A stretch of 64,000 bases of DNA from Omnitrophica bacterium GWA2_41_15 (GTDB lineage Bacteria > Omnitrophota > Gorgyraeia > Gygaellales > UBA12090). Of this stretch, positions 45,158 to 57,410 are shown one piece after another. The stretch is from the NCBI GenBank assembly GCA_919902675.1, contig CAKKRH010000014.1, positions 21,393 through 85,392 of the forward strand. Reading direction: 5' to 3'. Each line of letters starts with the position of its first letter. Position 1 is the first letter of the stretch. Made by a program: the position numbers and the translations under genes. Under the pieces are notes generated by a model. That model worked only from the letters and a program-made list of their open reading frames with translations. It was not told the origin of the DNA and made no database searches.

Positions 45158-46660
45158 TTAACCGGCTATCTTATTAACCGCCTGCAGGTATGCCTTGATA
45201 GAAGCCTCGATAATATCAGTGGAGCTGGCTCGCCCCATGGCCTCTTTTGTCTTACTTCTTAACTTCAGGCTTACCTCACCCAGGGCGTCTTCGCCCCGGC
45301 TCACCGACTGAATACCGTAATCCAAAAGCTGGCACTTGAGGCGGGTGATTTTTTCTATTGCTTTATAGCAGGCATCCACCGGCCCGTCTCCTCCGGAGTC
45401 CGCCTCAAAAATCTTACCCGAACTCTTTAAGATTATTTTTGCCTGAGGCACAGAATTGCTCTTAGAATTTATCTCAAAGGCCTCTAACTTCCAGACCTCA
45501 AGCGCGTTAGACCCAATTTCTTCCTGAACAATAGTAACCAAATCCTCATCAAAGACCTGCTTTTTCTTATCCGCCAATATTTTAAATCTCTTAAAGGCCT
45601 CATCTATGTCTTTTTCGTCCAGTTTGTATCCTAAGGTTTTAAGCCGGGCCAAAAAGGCGTGCCTTCCGGAGTGTTTGCCCAGGACCAAACCCTCTACTTT
45701 AAAACCCACATCCTCAGCCTTAATAATCTCATAGGTAGAGCGCTTCTTTAAAACCCCGTCTTGATGTATGCCGGACTCATGCCTGAAGGCATTCAAACCC
45801 ACAATGGCCTTATTCGGGGCAACCACAAAGCCGGTTAATTTGCTGACTAAGCGCGAGGTCCTATAAATCTCTTTGGTTTTAATAGAAGTAGTAACCCCGA
45901 AATAATCTTGGCGCACCTTAAGGGCCATCACTAATTCTTCCATTGAGGCGTTTCCGGCCCGCTCTCCTATACCGTTGATGGTGCATTCTACCTGGCGGGC
46001 GCCATTCTTAACCGCGGCCAAGGAATTGGCCACCGCCAGGCCCAGGTCATTATGGCCGTGCACCGAAATAACCGCTTGATTAATATTAGGGACATTTTCT
46101 CTTAAGGCCCGGATAAGCCCTCCATAACCATACGGCTCGGCATAACCCACGGTATCCGGAATATTCACGGTCCGAGCCCCGGCCTTAATCACCGCCGCGA
46201 CCACCCGGTATAAAAATGCCTCCTCCGTCCTGGAGGCGTCCTCGGGAGAAAACTCAATGTCATCACAGAGATTCCTGGCGTATTTTATTGAGCTTACTGC
46301 CAGGCGCAGGATTTCATCCTCAGCTTTTTTTAATTTATAACGCATATGGATTTTAGAAGTGGCCAGAAACACATGGATGCGGGATTGCCTGGCCTTTTTA
46401 GTAGCCTGATAAGCGATGTCTATATCCTTGGGGATAGCCCTGGCCAAGGCGCATATTCTGGAGCCCTTTATATTCCGGGCCACCATCTCCACCGCCTCAA
46501 AATCACCGGGGCTAGAAACCGGAAAACCGGCCTCAATAACATCCACCCCCAGCTTCTCCAAGCTAAAGGCGATTTCCAGCTTTTCCTTCTGGTTTAAAGA
46601 GGCCCCCGGCGCCTGCTCTCCGTCGCGCAGGGTAGTATCAAAGATAATTATCCTATCCAT
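45158..46660 (-). CDS. leuA: 2-isopropylmalate synthase (or citramalate synthase)
   Basis: 500 aa with [12 protein letters not shown], an HMGL-like barrel and a LeuA dimerisation/regulatory C-terminal domain. Confidence 0.85.
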   Translation of the reverse strand: MDRIIIFDTTLRDGEQAPGASLNQKEKLEIAFSLEKLGVDVIEAGFPVSSPGDFEAVEMVARNIKGSRICALARAIPKDIDIAYQATKKARQSRIHVFLATSKIHMRYKLKKAEDEILRLAVSSIKYARNLCDDIEFSPEDASRTEEAFLYRVVAAVIKAGARTVNIPDTVGYAEPYGYGGLIRALRENVPNINQAVISVHGHNDLGLAVANSLAAVKNGARQVECTINGIGERAGNASMEELVMALKVRQDYFGVTTSIKTKEIYRTSRLVSKLTGFVVAPNKAIVGLNAFRHESGIHQDGVLKKRSTYEIIKAEDVGFKVEGLVLGKHSGRHAFLARLKTLGYKLDEKDIDEAFKRFKILADKKKQVFDEDLVTIVQEEIGSNALEVWKLEAFEINSKSNSVPQAKIILKSSGKIFEADSGGDGPVDACYKAIEKITRLKCQLLDYGIQSVSRGEDALGEVSLKLRSKTKEAMGRASSTDIIEASIKAYLQAVNKIAG

Positions 46661-46676
46661 ATCGTGCTCTTAATTC

Positions 46677-47675
46677 TTAGCTCTGTTTTTTCATCCAGGG
46701 CATCATTTCCCGCAATTGCCGCCCCACCTTCTCTATGGGGTGATTATCGCCATCCTGGATAAGCTTATTAAAGTTAGGGCGGCCCTTTTTATTTTCCTTG
46801 ATCCATTCCCGGGCAAACTTTCCGGACTTAATGTCCTTAAGGATTTTTTTCATTGTCTTCCTGGTCTTTTGATTAATAATCATCGGCCCGCGGGTCAGGT
46901 CTCCGTAAGTAGCGGTGTTAGATACCCGCCGACGCATCCCGCTGATGCCGTATTCCTGAACCAGGTCGGTAATCAATTTAAGCTCGTGGAGAACTTCAAA
47001 ATAGGCAATCTCCGGCTGATACCCGGCCTCAATTAAGGTATCAAACCCGGCCTTGATTAATTCCGTGGCCCCGCCGCATAAAACTGCCTGCTCTCCGAAA
47101 AGATCGGTCTCGGTCTCTTCCTCAAAGGTAGTTTCAATAACCCCGGCTCTGGTAGACCTAATGGCCTTAGCGTAAGCCAAAGCCAGCTGTTTGGCCTGCC
47201 CGGAGGCATCCTGGAATACCGCGACTAAAGAGGGAACTCCTTTGCCTTCTTCATACATCCTTCTGACCAAGGCTCCCGGGCCCTTGGGGGCGACCATAAA
47301 CACATCCACATCCTTGGGCGGCTTGATTTGCTTAAAACGAATGTTAAAGCCGTGAGAAAAACACAGGGCCTTCCCTTTGCGTAAATTCGGCTTGATATCT
47401 TTTTTATACACCAGGGCCTGGGCGTGATCCTGGGTGAGAATCTGAATAATGTCCGCGGCCCTGGCCGCCTCATTGGCCGCTACCGGATTAAATCCGTCCT
47501 GTTTAGCCTGTTCGTAATTCGGAGTTCCGGAGAGCTCCGAAACTATAACCTTACAACCGGAATCCTTAAGGCACAAAGCCTGTCCCCGGCCCTGGATACC
47601 ATAGCCGATAATCGCGATGGTTTTATCCTTGATTAAATTTAAATCCGCGTCCTGATCATAATATATCTTTGCCAT
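46677..47675 (-). CDS. ilvC: ketol-acid reductoisomerase
   Basis: 332 aa ([12 protein letters not shown]...[14 protein letters not shown]...). Confidence 0.95.
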   Translation of the reverse strand: MAKIYYDQDADLNLIKDKTIAIIGYGIQGRGQALCLKDSGCKVIVSELSGTPNYEQAKQDGFNPVAANEAARAADIIQILTQDHAQALVYKKDIKPNLRKGKALCFSHGFNIRFKQIKPPKDVDVFMVAPKGPGALVRRMYEEGKGVPSLVAVFQDASGQAKQLALAYAKAIRSTRAGVIETTFEEETETDLFGEQAVLCGGATELIKAGFDTLIEAGYQPEIAYFEVLHELKLITDLVQEYGISGMRRRVSNTATYGDLTRGPMIINQKTRKTMKKILKDIKSGKFAREWIKENKKGRPNFNKLIQDGDNHPIEKVGRQLREMMPWMKKQS

Positions 47676-47691
47676 ATCTTTCCTCCTTCAA

Positions 47692-48165
47692 TTATCCGGC
47701 CATAGCGATTTTCCCGGTCCTTACCAATTCTTTTATCCCAAAATTATTCAGCTCGCACAATAACTCTTTAATATCCTGCTGGACTCCGGTAAATTCAATA
47801 ATCGCGATATCTTCTTTTCGCCGAATCAGCTTAGCCTGGAATTTATTCAAAACAGTTGTAAGCTTTGCCTTAACCTTAGCCGGACAGCTGACCTTGGCCA
47901 TAACCAACTCGCGTTCCACATGCTCTTTTTTAGTGAAATCAGCCACTATTAAAACATCAATCAGGCGGTTTAATTGCTTTTTTATCTGCTCCAGTATCTT
48001 CTCATCATTTGTATCAACCACAATAGTCATGCAGGACACCGCGGGGTCGTGGGTTTCGCTGACTGCCAGAGAAGAAATATTATAACCTCTGGCGCTGAAT
48101 AACCCGGCTATCCGCGCCAAAACCCCGAATTTATTTTCCACCAAAACTGATATGATATGCTTCAT
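47692..48165 (-). CDS. ilvN: acetolactate synthase small (regulatory) subunit
   Basis: 157 aa with an ACT domain (ISVLVENKFGVLARIAGLFSARGYNI). Confidence 0.9.
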   Translation of the reverse strand: MKHIISVLVENKFGVLARIAGLFSARGYNISSLAVSETHDPAVSCMTIVVDTNDEKILEQIKKQLNRLIDVLIVADFTKKEHVERELVMAKVSCPAKVKAKLTTVLNKFQAKLIRRKEDIAIIEFTGVQQDIKELLCELNNFGIKELVRTGKIAMAG

Positions 48166-48189
48166 TTGTCGCTATCGTTTAGGGCTACT

Positions 48190-48344
48190 ACACTGTAAAA
48201 TTAGTTTTTAGTGACAAAACTGCTGTTTTGAACAATAGAACAATTGAACAATGGACCGCAATTGAGCATCAGTTCTATTGTTCTATTCTCTATTGCTCAA
48301 TTGCTCTGTGCGCTGTCATATTAAAGATTAATTTGACAGCGCAC
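48190..48344. repeat. Repeat family D, copy 2
   Basis: ttagttttt...gaacaatagaacaattgaacaatggaccgcaattgagc...ctattgctcaattgctct plus the hairpin gtgcgctgtca...tgacagcgcac, whose last base is the first base of the ilvB stop codon (read on the plus strand). Confidence 0.75.
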
Positions 48345-50020
48345 TACGCCATACCCCCGATCATCCTATTGATCGCCTCACCGGCCGGAACCATGGGATA
48401 CACGTTCTCCTCGTCCTCAACCACAAAATCCAGCACTACGGTATTATCTATCTCAATGGCCTTTTCAATTGCTTCGCGCACATTTTCTTTTTTAGTAATC
48501 CGCATCCCCGCGGCTCCGTAGGCCTCGGCCAATTTCACAAAATCCGGGTTACAGAGTTTGGTATGCGAATAGCGCTTTTTATAAAAGAGCTCCTGCCACT
48601 GCCTGACCATCCCCAGGCAACCGTTATTTAGAATAGCCACCTTCACCGGTATTTTATTGCAGACTACGGTCATTAATTCCTGGATATTCATCTGGATTGA
48701 GCCGTCTCCGGCAATATCAAAAACTATTTTTCCCGGACAACCTAATTTAACTCCCATAGCCGCGGGTAAACCAAAACCCATTGTGCCCAAACCGCCGCTG
48801 GAGATAAAAGTACGAGGGCGGTTATATTTATACCACTGACAACTCCACATCTGGTTTTGACCGACTTCGGTAACAATGATCGCCTCGCCTTTAGTTGCTT
48901 CGTAAATCTGCTCAATCACATATTGAGGCTTAATCTTACCGGTCTCATGAAGATATCTTAAGGGGTGCTTGGCCTTCCATTCGTGAATTTGTTCCAGCCA
49001 CCTGTGGGTATCCGGCTTTTTCTTAAGCCTGCCTATGGCCTCTAAAAGCTGGCCCAGGACATTCTTAACATCTCCTACGATCGGAACATCTACTTCAATA
49101 TTCTTACTGATTGAGGTAGGGTCAATATCAATATGGATTATCTTGGCATGAGGAGCAAAGGCGCTTACCCTGCCGGTAACCCGGTCGTCAAAACGCGCGC
49201 CCACGGCGATAATCAGCTCCGACTCCATTGTGGCGTGATTGGCGTAAGCCGTGCCGTGCATACCCAGCATCCCTAAAGATAATTCATGGGTTCCCGCAAA
49301 GGCCCCCAGGCCCATCATGGTCATGGTTACCGGAATCCTGTAAACTTCAGCCAATTCCTTTATTTCACCGGCGGCCCCGGAGGTAATCACCCCTCCGCCG
49401 ATATAAAGTATGGGCTTCTTAGACTCAGTAATCAATTTAGCCGCTCTTTTAATCTGTCCGGAATGGCCAAAATAGGTAGGCTTATATCCGGGCAAATTAA
49501 CTTCCCGCGGATAGACAAAGTCACATTCGGCCTGCTGGACATCAACCGGGATATCCACTACCACCGGTCCCGGCCTGCCGGTTGAGGCAATATGAAAGGC
49601 CTCCCGGATAACCCGGGCTAAATCCAAAACATCCTTGACTAAATAATTATGCTTAGAAATTGAGCGGGTAATTCCGGTAACATCCACCTCCTGAAAAGCA
49701 TCGTTTCCGATTAAAAAAGTCTTCACCTGCCCGGTGATGGCTACCATAGGTATGGAATCCATATAGGCATTGGCAATACCGGTAATCAAATTAGTGGCTC
49801 CCGGGCCTGAAGTAGCCAGGCACACCCCGACTTTTCCGGTTGAGCGGGCATAGCCGTCAGCGGCATGGGCCGCGCCCTGCTCATGGCGGGTTAAGATAAA
49901 TTTTATCTTGGAATCATAAAGCCGGTCAAAAATAGGCAAAACCACCCCACCCGGGTATCCAAACATTATCTCGACACCCTCGCGTTCTAAACATTCAATA
50001 AGTATCTGCGCGCCAATCAT
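48344..50020 (-). CDS. ilvB: acetolactate synthase large subunit
   Basis: 558 aa, a ThDP enzyme (GYPGGVVLPIFD, GDGSIQMNIQEL). Confidence 0.95.
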   Translation of the reverse strand: MIGAQILIECLEREGVEIMFGYPGGVVLPIFDRLYDSKIKFILTRHEQGAAHAADGYARSTGKVGVCLATSGPGATNLITGIANAYMDSIPMVAITGQVKTFLIGNDAFQEVDVTGITRSISKHNYLVKDVLDLARVIREAFHIASTGRPGPVVVDIPVDVQQAECDFVYPREVNLPGYKPTYFGHSGQIKRAAKLITESKKPILYIGGGVITSGAAGEIKELAEVYRIPVTMTMMGLGAFAGTHELSLGMLGMHGTAYANHATMESELIIAVGARFDDRVTGRVSAFAPHAKIIHIDIDPTSISKNIEVDVPIVGDVKNVLGQLLEAIGRLKKKPDTHRWLEQIHEWKAKHPLRYLHETGKIKPQYVIEQIYEATKGEAIIVTEVGQNQMWSCQWYKYNRPRTFISSGGLGTMGFGLPAAMGVKLGCPGKIVFDIAGDGSIQMNIQELMTVVCNKIPVKVAILNNGCLGMVRQWQELFYKKRYSHTKLCNPDFVKLAEAYGAAGMRITKKENVREAIEKAIEIDNTVVLDFVVEDEENVYPMVPAGEAINRMIGGMA

Positions 50021-50107
50021 AGTTAAACTTAAAAGTAAAAAGTAAAAATTTAAAAATTTAAAAATTTTTATTTTTAACCGGAACTTTTGCCTTTTTACTT
50101 TTTACTT
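50021..50107. repeat. imperfect palindrome of aaaagta words
   Basis: aaaagtaaaaagtaaaaatttaaaaattt... is mirrored by ...cctttttactttttactttt. It fills the ilvD-ilvB spacer. Confidence 0.5.
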
Positions 50108-51760
50108 TTACCTTAATATAGCTCCCTTGTCCGCGGAACTGACCATCCGGGCATAACGGGATAAATAGCCTTCGGTTATCTTGGGCTTGGGTTTCTTGAT
50201 TTTGGCTAATCTTGCCTTTAATTCTTCGTCGCTGATTACCAACTCTAACTTTCTTTTAGGAATATCTATCTTTATAATATCACCGTCACAAACCGCGGCA
50301 ATCGGGCCTCCGGAATAGGCCTCAGGTGAAATATGGCCGATGCATGGGCCGCGGGTGCCGCCGGAAAAACGGCCGTCGGTAATCAAGGCCACACAATCGG
50401 CTAAACCCATGCCCACAATCGCCGAGGTGGGAGAAAGCATCTCCCTCATTCCCGGGCCTCCGGAAGGGCCCTCATAACGGATAACCACTACCTGCCCCTT
50501 ATGGATCTCACCATTCAAGATGGCCTTCATCGCCTCTTCCTCGGAATTAAAGCATATTGCCTGCCCTTGAAAAAGCTTCATCTTCACGGATACCGCCGCC
50601 TGCTTCACCACTGAGCCGCCGGGAGCAAGATTGCCGTAAAGGACAGCGATACCGCCTTCTTTATTATACGGATTATTCAAAGGACGAATCACTTCGCTAT
50701 CGGTAATTTCCGCCTCATCGGCGATTGTATAAATTGATTTGGTATTTACCGTAGGATTGTTCTTTAGGCTTTCTTTGAGCCGCTTTAAGACCGCGGGAAT
50801 CCCTCCGGCGTATTCCAAATCCTCCATATAAAAATTTCCTGTGGGCTCCAGAGAACAAATATTAGGAGTAACCTTGGAAATATCATCAAACAGCTTAAGC
50901 GGCAGGTCCACTTTAGCCTCGTTGGCAATGGCCAAGAGATGCAGCACCGTGTTAGATGAACCGCCTAAAGCCATATCCACGGTAATGGCATTATGGAAGG
51001 CGCGCTTATTCATTATCGAGCGCGGAAGGACATTTTCTTCTACCAGGCGGACTATTTTTCTGCCCGATTCAAAGGCAATTCTCTCTTTCTTGGCTAAGGC
51101 CACCATGCTGGTGGCACAGCCTGTCAGGCTCATCCCCATGGTCTCAGTAAGACAAGACATAGTATTAGCGGTGTAAAGGCCCTGGCAAGAGCCGGAGCCG
51201 GGACAAGCGCACATCTCAACGGTTTCAATTTCTTTTTGAGAGAGCTCGCCTGTTTTTGCCTTAGCCACGGCCTCAAAGGTATCCCGGACCAAAGAAAGCC
51301 GTTTTCCCTTAAGCCTTCCGGTTACCATTGGCCCGGCGGTTACTATGATTGACGGAATATTCAGGCGGGCCGCGGCCATCAGCATTCCGGGAGTAATTTT
51401 ATCGCAGTTAGTAAGCAAAACCAGGCCATCCAAACAATGGGCATTGGTAATAGATTCAACCATATCCGCGATCAGCTCCCGCGAGGCCAAGGAATAATGC
51501 ATTCCGGAATGCCCCATCGCGATTCCGTCGCAGATTCCGGGGATGCCAAAAACAAAAGGCCTGCCGCCTCCGGCATAAATCCCGTTTTCGATCGCGCTCT
51601 CTAAAGGGCGCATCTGGGTGTGTCCGGGAACCAGGTCGGTAAAACTTGAGGCAATCCCGATAAAAGGTTTACCCAAATCTTCGCGGGTAATGCCGGTAGC
51701 AAAAAGCAAGGCCCGGTGAGGAATCCTCTCTATGCCTTTTTTAATTGTATCCGAACGCAT
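50108..51760 (-). CDS. ilvD: dihydroxy-acid dehydratase
   Basis: 550 aa with [12 protein letters not shown] and the other ILVD/EDD family motifs. Confidence 0.95.
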   Translation of the reverse strand: MRSDTIKKGIERIPHRALLFATGITREDLGKPFIGIASSFTDLVPGHTQMRPLESAIENGIYAGGGRPFVFGIPGICDGIAMGHSGMHYSLASRELIADMVESITNAHCLDGLVLLTNCDKITPGMLMAAARLNIPSIIVTAGPMVTGRLKGKRLSLVRDTFEAVAKAKTGELSQKEIETVEMCACPGSGSCQGLYTANTMSCLTETMGMSLTGCATSMVALAKKERIAFESGRKIVRLVEENVLPRSIMNKRAFHNAITVDMALGGSSNTVLHLLAIANEAKVDLPLKLFDDISKVTPNICSLEPTGNFYMEDLEYAGGIPAVLKRLKESLKNNPTVNTKSIYTIADEAEITDSEVIRPLNNPYNKEGGIAVLYGNLAPGGSVVKQAAVSVKMKLFQGQAICFNSEEEAMKAILNGEIHKGQVVVIRYEGPSGGPGMREMLSPTSAIVGMGLADCVALITDGRFSGGTRGPCIGHISPEAYSGGPIAAVCDGDIIKIDIPKRKLELVISDEELKARLAKIKKPKPKITEGYLSRYARMVSSADKGAILR

Positions 51761-51784
51761 TCTCTTGTCTCCTTACAGTTTTAT

Positions 51785-51826
51785 CCGTCAACTGTCAACT
51801 CTTGAACTGTCAACCGTCAACTGTTT
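51785..51826. repeat. gtcaact tandem-word tract (related tract at 39126-39152)
   Basis: ccgtcaactgtcaactcttgaactgtcaaccgtcaactgt. The string aactgtcaaccgtcaactgt recurs at 39126-39152. Confidence 0.5.
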
Positions 51827-51827
51827 C

Positions 51828-51969
51828 TAGTGCATTGTTAAGTTAGTTTTTGAACATTAGAACAATAGAACATTAGACCGCAATTGAGCTTTTGTTTGTC
51901 TATTGTTCTATTGTCTATTGCTCAATTGCTCTGTGCGCTGTATTATTAAAAATTAAATTAACAGCGCAC
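51828..51969. repeat. Repeat family D, copy 3
   Basis: ttagtttttgaacattagaacaatagaacattagaccgcaattgagc...ctattgctcaattgctct plus the hairpin gtgcgctgt...acagcgcac, which overlaps the fba stop codon in the same way as in copy 2. Confidence 0.75.
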
Positions 51970-53294
51970 TAGTCCGCCCCTTCTCCGTCATGAACTATCT
52001 CCCGCCCTTCTTTTCTTTTACGCGCGATCACCCTTTTTAGATGAGTATGCGTATCGGTCAGCTCTTTTTTATTCACCACATTCAGCTGTTTGAATAGAAA
52101 ATCAAACTTTGCCTCAAGCTCAAGGGCGATAGCGTCCCGGAGTGAATCCGGCAGGCCCATAATCTCGCGCTTAAACGGGCCTAAGGCCTTTTTGCGGGTC
52201 TTATAGAAAAACTGTTCGTCAGTCTCACCGTCTTTTCTTTCTGAGGCGGCATTAATTTTAAGCCATTGATATATTTTCTCCTTTAATTCCGGCGGAAAAT
52301 GCCTGGAGTCATAGATCATATTCTGGAATTCGGTGGCTAAATGCACCTCAGCCGTTTCGCATTCAGCAAATTTGTGAAATGCCGCCGAAGGCAGGGTTGA
52401 CGCTCCGTGCTGGACCGCGCCGGAGAGGCCATATTCTTTTCTGGAAATTTCCGAAAGCGTCTTTAAGGTATCAAAATCAAGGGCTACCTGGGCGATTGAG
52501 CCGTCGGGCAAAACCACGCCGCCATGAGAGGTTCCGGTCTGCACGGAAATCTTGCTTATTCCGGTTAATCCTTTTCGCAGGCGCTCTTTAAAACCGTCCA
52601 TAAATACCCGCAGTTCCTCGGGGGTGGAATTTTTATGTCCCACCTCGCCAATCTCTCCGCCCACGGAAACAGTGATCCCCTTAGGTTCAACGCGCCGAAT
52701 AAACTGGGTAAGCCTGGCACAGGTATCAAAATTATAATATTGCTGTTTCTTTACCGTTGATTGCGATAAATCAACCAGCGTTGATGAATCTATATCTATG
52801 TTATAAAAACCATACTCAATCGCTTCGGCGATTAAGGCCTGCAAGGCCTCTATTTCCTTGTCGGGATTTTCTTTGAATTTCTTGATATTCACCTGGGTAT
52901 GGTCGGCCTGAATAAATACCGGGCCGCGATAGCCTTCCTTAATCGCGGCGGCTAAAATCACCGCGGCATATTCCGGAGGAGGCTGATTGGTATAGCCCAT
53001 TTCCGATTTGGCGATTTCAAAGATAAACGCGCCCGAGTTATTACGCTCTGCCGCCCTGAATATCGCCCGCGCTAAATCGTAGGTCATCGAACGTAAATTC
53101 ATTGCCGGCACCGTAAAGCCGCCAAAACCTTCCTTAGCCCGGGCGATATAAAAATCATGGATAGAAGCCGGATAAATTCCGTTTTTATAGGCCAGGCCTA
53201 AAACTTTTTTATAAATCCTCTTTTTAGTTTCAATGTCCTCAATCGCGATGAGATCTTTTACGAATCCGCTAATGTCTTTTGCCGTTCTTGCCAT
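51969..53294 (-). CDS. fba: class II fructose-bisphosphate aldolase family protein (long type)
   Basis: The ATG at 53294 (MARTAKDISGF...) is preferred because GGAGAGAGG lies 6 nt upstream; the ORF-track start is a TTG at 53315. Motifs: GFTVPAMN, FIQADHT. Confidence 0.8.
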   Translation of the reverse strand: MARTAKDISGFVKDLIAIEDIETKKRIYKKVLGLAYKNGIYPASIHDFYIARAKEGFGGFTVPAMNLRSMTYDLARAIFRAAERNNSGAFIFEIAKSEMGYTNQPPPEYAAVILAAAIKEGYRGPVFIQADHTQVNIKKFKENPDKEIEALQALIAEAIEYGFYNIDIDSSTLVDLSQSTVKKQQYYNFDTCARLTQFIRRVEPKGITVSVGGEIGEVGHKNSTPEELRVFMDGFKERLRKGLTGISKISVQTGTSHGGVVLPDGSIAQVALDFDTLKTLSEISRKEYGLSGAVQHGASTLPSAAFHKFAECETAEVHLATEFQNMIYDSRHFPPELKEKIYQWLKINAASERKDGETDEQFFYKTRKKALGPFKREIMGLPDSLRDAIALELEAKFDFLFKQLNVVNKKELTDTHTHLKRVIARKRKEGREIVHDGEGAD

Positions 53295-53318
53295 TTCTTG
53301 CCTCTCTCCTTTCAAAAC

Positions 53319-54284
53319 TTAAGTCATTTTCTTGATTAACGCATAGGCCTGCTCTACCTTTAAGTCTTTTCTCACTAAGGCCTGTTCCAGGCCCACGCTG
53401 ATAACCTCTCCGTTGGTTACGGCTACCGCCTTATCCGACTCGCCTTTTAATAAACACTCTACTGCCGCCTCCCCCAGCCTTAAGGCCAGGCTGCGGCTGG
53501 CGGCGGTGGGCCGGCCGCCTCTTTGAATATGGCCTAAGACTACGGCCCGGGCCTCAAGTGAAGTTAATTGACTTATCTTAGCCGCGATATCCGGGGCTGA
53601 AGCCGCGCCTTCGGCGCTAACTATAATCCAGCTGATCTTTCCCCGGATATTTCCCTCAACTATTTCATGGCAGGCCTTCGCTAAATCAAAGGCGCGTTCC
53701 GGAATAATCACATCCTCGCATCCTCCGGCCAGGGCCGTCTGTAAGGCGATATATCCAGAGTCCCGGCCCATTACCTCCACCACAAAGATCCTCTCCATTG
53801 AAGTAGCCGTATCCCGAATATTATCAATGGCATAAAGCGCGGTGTTGATGGCCGTATCCAGGCCTATGGTTGAATCTATTCCGTTGATATCATTATCAAT
53901 AGAGGCCGGGATACCTATGCAAGGAAGATTATATCTGGCCCCAAAACTATGCGCCCCCCGAAAACTGCCGTCTCCGCCAATAACAATGAGACCGTCTATG
54001 GCGTATTTCTTTATGGTCTGATAAGCCTGCTTCTGTCCGTCTTCAGTCTTAAATTCAGCAGAGCGGGCAGTCTTCAGGATCGTCCCGCCCAGATTGATTA
54101 TCCCGGATACCGAACGATGATCCAGGGGCTTGACCTCATCATCAATCAAACCCTGCCAGCCCCGGAATATGCCAAAAACCTCTAATTTCGCGCTTAAGGC
54201 GCACCTGACCACACTGCGGATAGCCGCGTTCATCCCAGGCGCGTCTCCTCCGGCGGTCAAGACTCCGATACGTTTCATTGCCAC
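53319..54284 (-). CDS. pfkA: ATP-dependent 6-phosphofructokinase
   Basis: 321 aa (RIGVLTAGGDAPGMNAAIR). IGGDGSF, with Gly rather than Asp, indicates the ATP-dependent type. Confidence 0.9.
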   Translation of the reverse strand: MAMKRIGVLTAGGDAPGMNAAIRSVVRCALSAKLEVFGIFRGWQGLIDDEVKPLDHRSVSGIINLGGTILKTARSAEFKTEDGQKQAYQTIKKYAIDGLIVIGGDGSFRGAHSFGARYNLPCIGIPASIDNDINGIDSTIGLDTAINTALYAIDNIRDTATSMERIFVVEVMGRDSGYIALQTALAGGCEDVIIPERAFDLAKACHEIVEGNIRGKISWIIVSAEGAASAPDIAAKISQLTSLEARAVVLGHIQRGGRPTAASRSLALRLGEAAVECLLKGESDKAVAVTNGEVISVGLEQALVRKDLKVEQAYALIKKMT

Positions 54285-55969
54285 TATAGGCCTTCAACCG
54301 GCATATCTTTAGGATGCTCAATCAGATAGGAATATGTTATTTCGATTTTTGCTTTCGGCTCCAGCTCTAATTCCCAAAGCCATATTCCTTTACGGTCCTT
54401 CCAATCTTTTTCTTGAGGCTCAAGGCTCACCTGCTGAATCTTCACCTTGATGCGGTCATCTTCAGAAACAGGCATCGCTTCAAACAATTTTACTTTTATC
54501 TTTTTGGACTTATAATTTTCGACCGTAAGCTTATATTTAAAAACCACGCGCCTGGTGGAAGAGGAAATCGCGCCGATGATAGTTTCATCAACCTTCTTTT
54601 CAATCTGTTCTCTCTTGACCTTAACCGACTCATCCGCGCCCAGGTATAAATCAAATTCCTCTCCCGGTCCTATCGCGGGGATAGAGGAAGCCCCGGTAAA
54701 ATCGCCTTCCAGAAATATATTAACCCTTCCGCCCAATAACTGCAGGTCAGGAGCGTTAGTTGCCCGGCTTCCTAAATAGGCGCATGGCATAGAACGCGGA
54801 TAGGCGGAATATTCAAAGCCCGCGCTTAACATCTGCGTGGAAATCGGCAGTTTATGGTCTGAACCGTCGGCCTTGACGCTTACCTTCTTGGGCAGTTTAT
54901 AGGCTACCGCGGTACCTTTTTCCCGCGGCTGGGTGTAAACAAACTCAGCCTCGACAGACTCATCGGATTTTTCCGAGAGTTCATTGCCGTCAAAGGCTTC
55001 ATATTGCAGAGCAGGGGCTTCTACTGCCATATTGCTAGCCAGGTTAATCGAACGCTGACCTTTACGCGCCATAGGCTGCCGCGGCCTCAATAACCAGGAG
55101 CCTACATAGGGCATATTACCAGAGGCAGTCAATCTTGCCGTAGATAAGGACATCTCCACATCCTGCCAATCCTCTCCGGTATTCTGCCGGACAATGCCGT
55201 TTGAAATCAACTCCAGCTCCTGGGTATCAAAGCTCGCCCGGGCCTCGTAAATCGGCCGCCAGGACGCACCTCTTACCATATAAGAAACATTGATATTCAC
55301 CGTTACCGGGCTTAGCGCCGTTAAATCCACGACAATCTCCCGCTTCAATTTTTTGCCCGGCCCGGATATCTCGGCCAACTGCCTCCTGAGAATATCGATT
55401 TTCTCGTTTATATCCCTTATCCTGAATTTATGTCCGCTATGGGCTGAAAAATTATCCTTCAGCTTCACACTCAAAAAAGCAAGCAGGCCTTCCAACTCTG
55501 AAACCTGCGGCATCCTGGTAACCAAATCCTCGGGTATCTGCGTGTCCGCGAATAAACTGATAGAATCCAGAAATTGCTTCTCCTCAGAAAGCACCGCTTT
55601 GGCATCCTCTATTCCGCTTTTCTCATCTTCAAGCTTCCTGACTTCATCGTTAATCTGCTTAATCCTCTCGGAAGGTACATCCTCCAGGAATTCTTTTTTT
55701 ACCTGCGCGCCGAAAAGCTTTACCTCAGAGGCCCCCCGGGCCGAAACCCGCAAAGAATTCTCATCCACATCGGGGATGATATCGGGAAACACCACCCGAT
55801 GGTCACCGGATTCCAGGTTTACGGAGGCAAAACGGGTTATGATCGCGGAATCAGGGTAAACCGTTACCTCAGCAATCCTGGAATCCGCCTTAATCTCCGC
55901 GGCATAAATAATCCCGGTAAAAGATACTAACAGCCAAAAAACAGCCCAAAATACGCTTTTACATCTCAT
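54284..55969 (-). CDS. DUF4139/DUF4140 (MuiA-like) secreted protein
   Basis: Start reassigned to the ATG at 55969 (MRCKSVFWAVFWLLVSFTGIIYA signal peptide). The ORF-track extension reads through a tandem-word tract and overlaps ahcY. Confidence 0.7.
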   Translation of the reverse strand: MRCKSVFWAVFWLLVSFTGIIYAAEIKADSRIAEVTVYPDSAIITRFASVNLESGDHRVVFPDIIPDVDENSLRVSARGASEVKLFGAQVKKEFLEDVPSERIKQINDEVRKLEDEKSGIEDAKAVLSEEKQFLDSISLFADTQIPEDLVTRMPQVSELEGLLAFLSVKLKDNFSAHSGHKFRIRDINEKIDILRRQLAEISGPGKKLKREIVVDLTALSPVTVNINVSYMVRGASWRPIYEARASFDTQELELISNGIVRQNTGEDWQDVEMSLSTARLTASGNMPYVGSWLLRPRQPMARKGQRSINLASNMAVEAPALQYEAFDGNELSEKSDESVEAEFVYTQPREKGTAVAYKLPKKVSVKADGSDHKLPISTQMLSAGFEYSAYPRSMPCAYLGSRATNAPDLQLLGGRVNIFLEGDFTGASSIPAIGPGEEFDLYLGADESVKVKREQIEKKVDETIIGAISSSTRRVVFKYKLTVENYKSKKIKVKLFEAMPVSEDDRIKVKIQQVSLEPQEKDWKDRKGIWLWELELEPKAKIEITYSYLIEHPKDMPVEGL

Positions 55970-55984
55970 ATTTATCTCGCCCTC

Positions 55985-56034
55985 CGGCTTTTTCGTCCCT
56001 GACTTTAGACTTTTGACTTTTAATTTTTGACTTT
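55985..56034. repeat. ttgactttt tandem-word tract
   Basis: gactttagacttttgacttttaatttttgactttttaag, lying between the ahcY stop codon and the DUF4139 gene start. Confidence 0.45.
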
Positions 56035-57303
<1,269 letters not shown>

Positions 57304-57309
57304 TTATAT

Positions 57310-57397
57310 ACCGCTGAACTACGCGGAACTTGACGCGGAACTACGCGTGACATACTGTGCGTGGTTTTAGCGTACAGTTCCGCGTAGGTTCCGCGCC
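57310..57397. repeat. Repeat family A, copy 4
   Basis: accgctgaactacgcggaacttgacgcggaactacgcg...tgtgcgtggttttagcgtacagttccgcgtaggttccgcgcc, between metK and ahcY. Confidence 0.8.
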
Positions 57398-57410
57398 AAT
57401 ATTTATTTTA

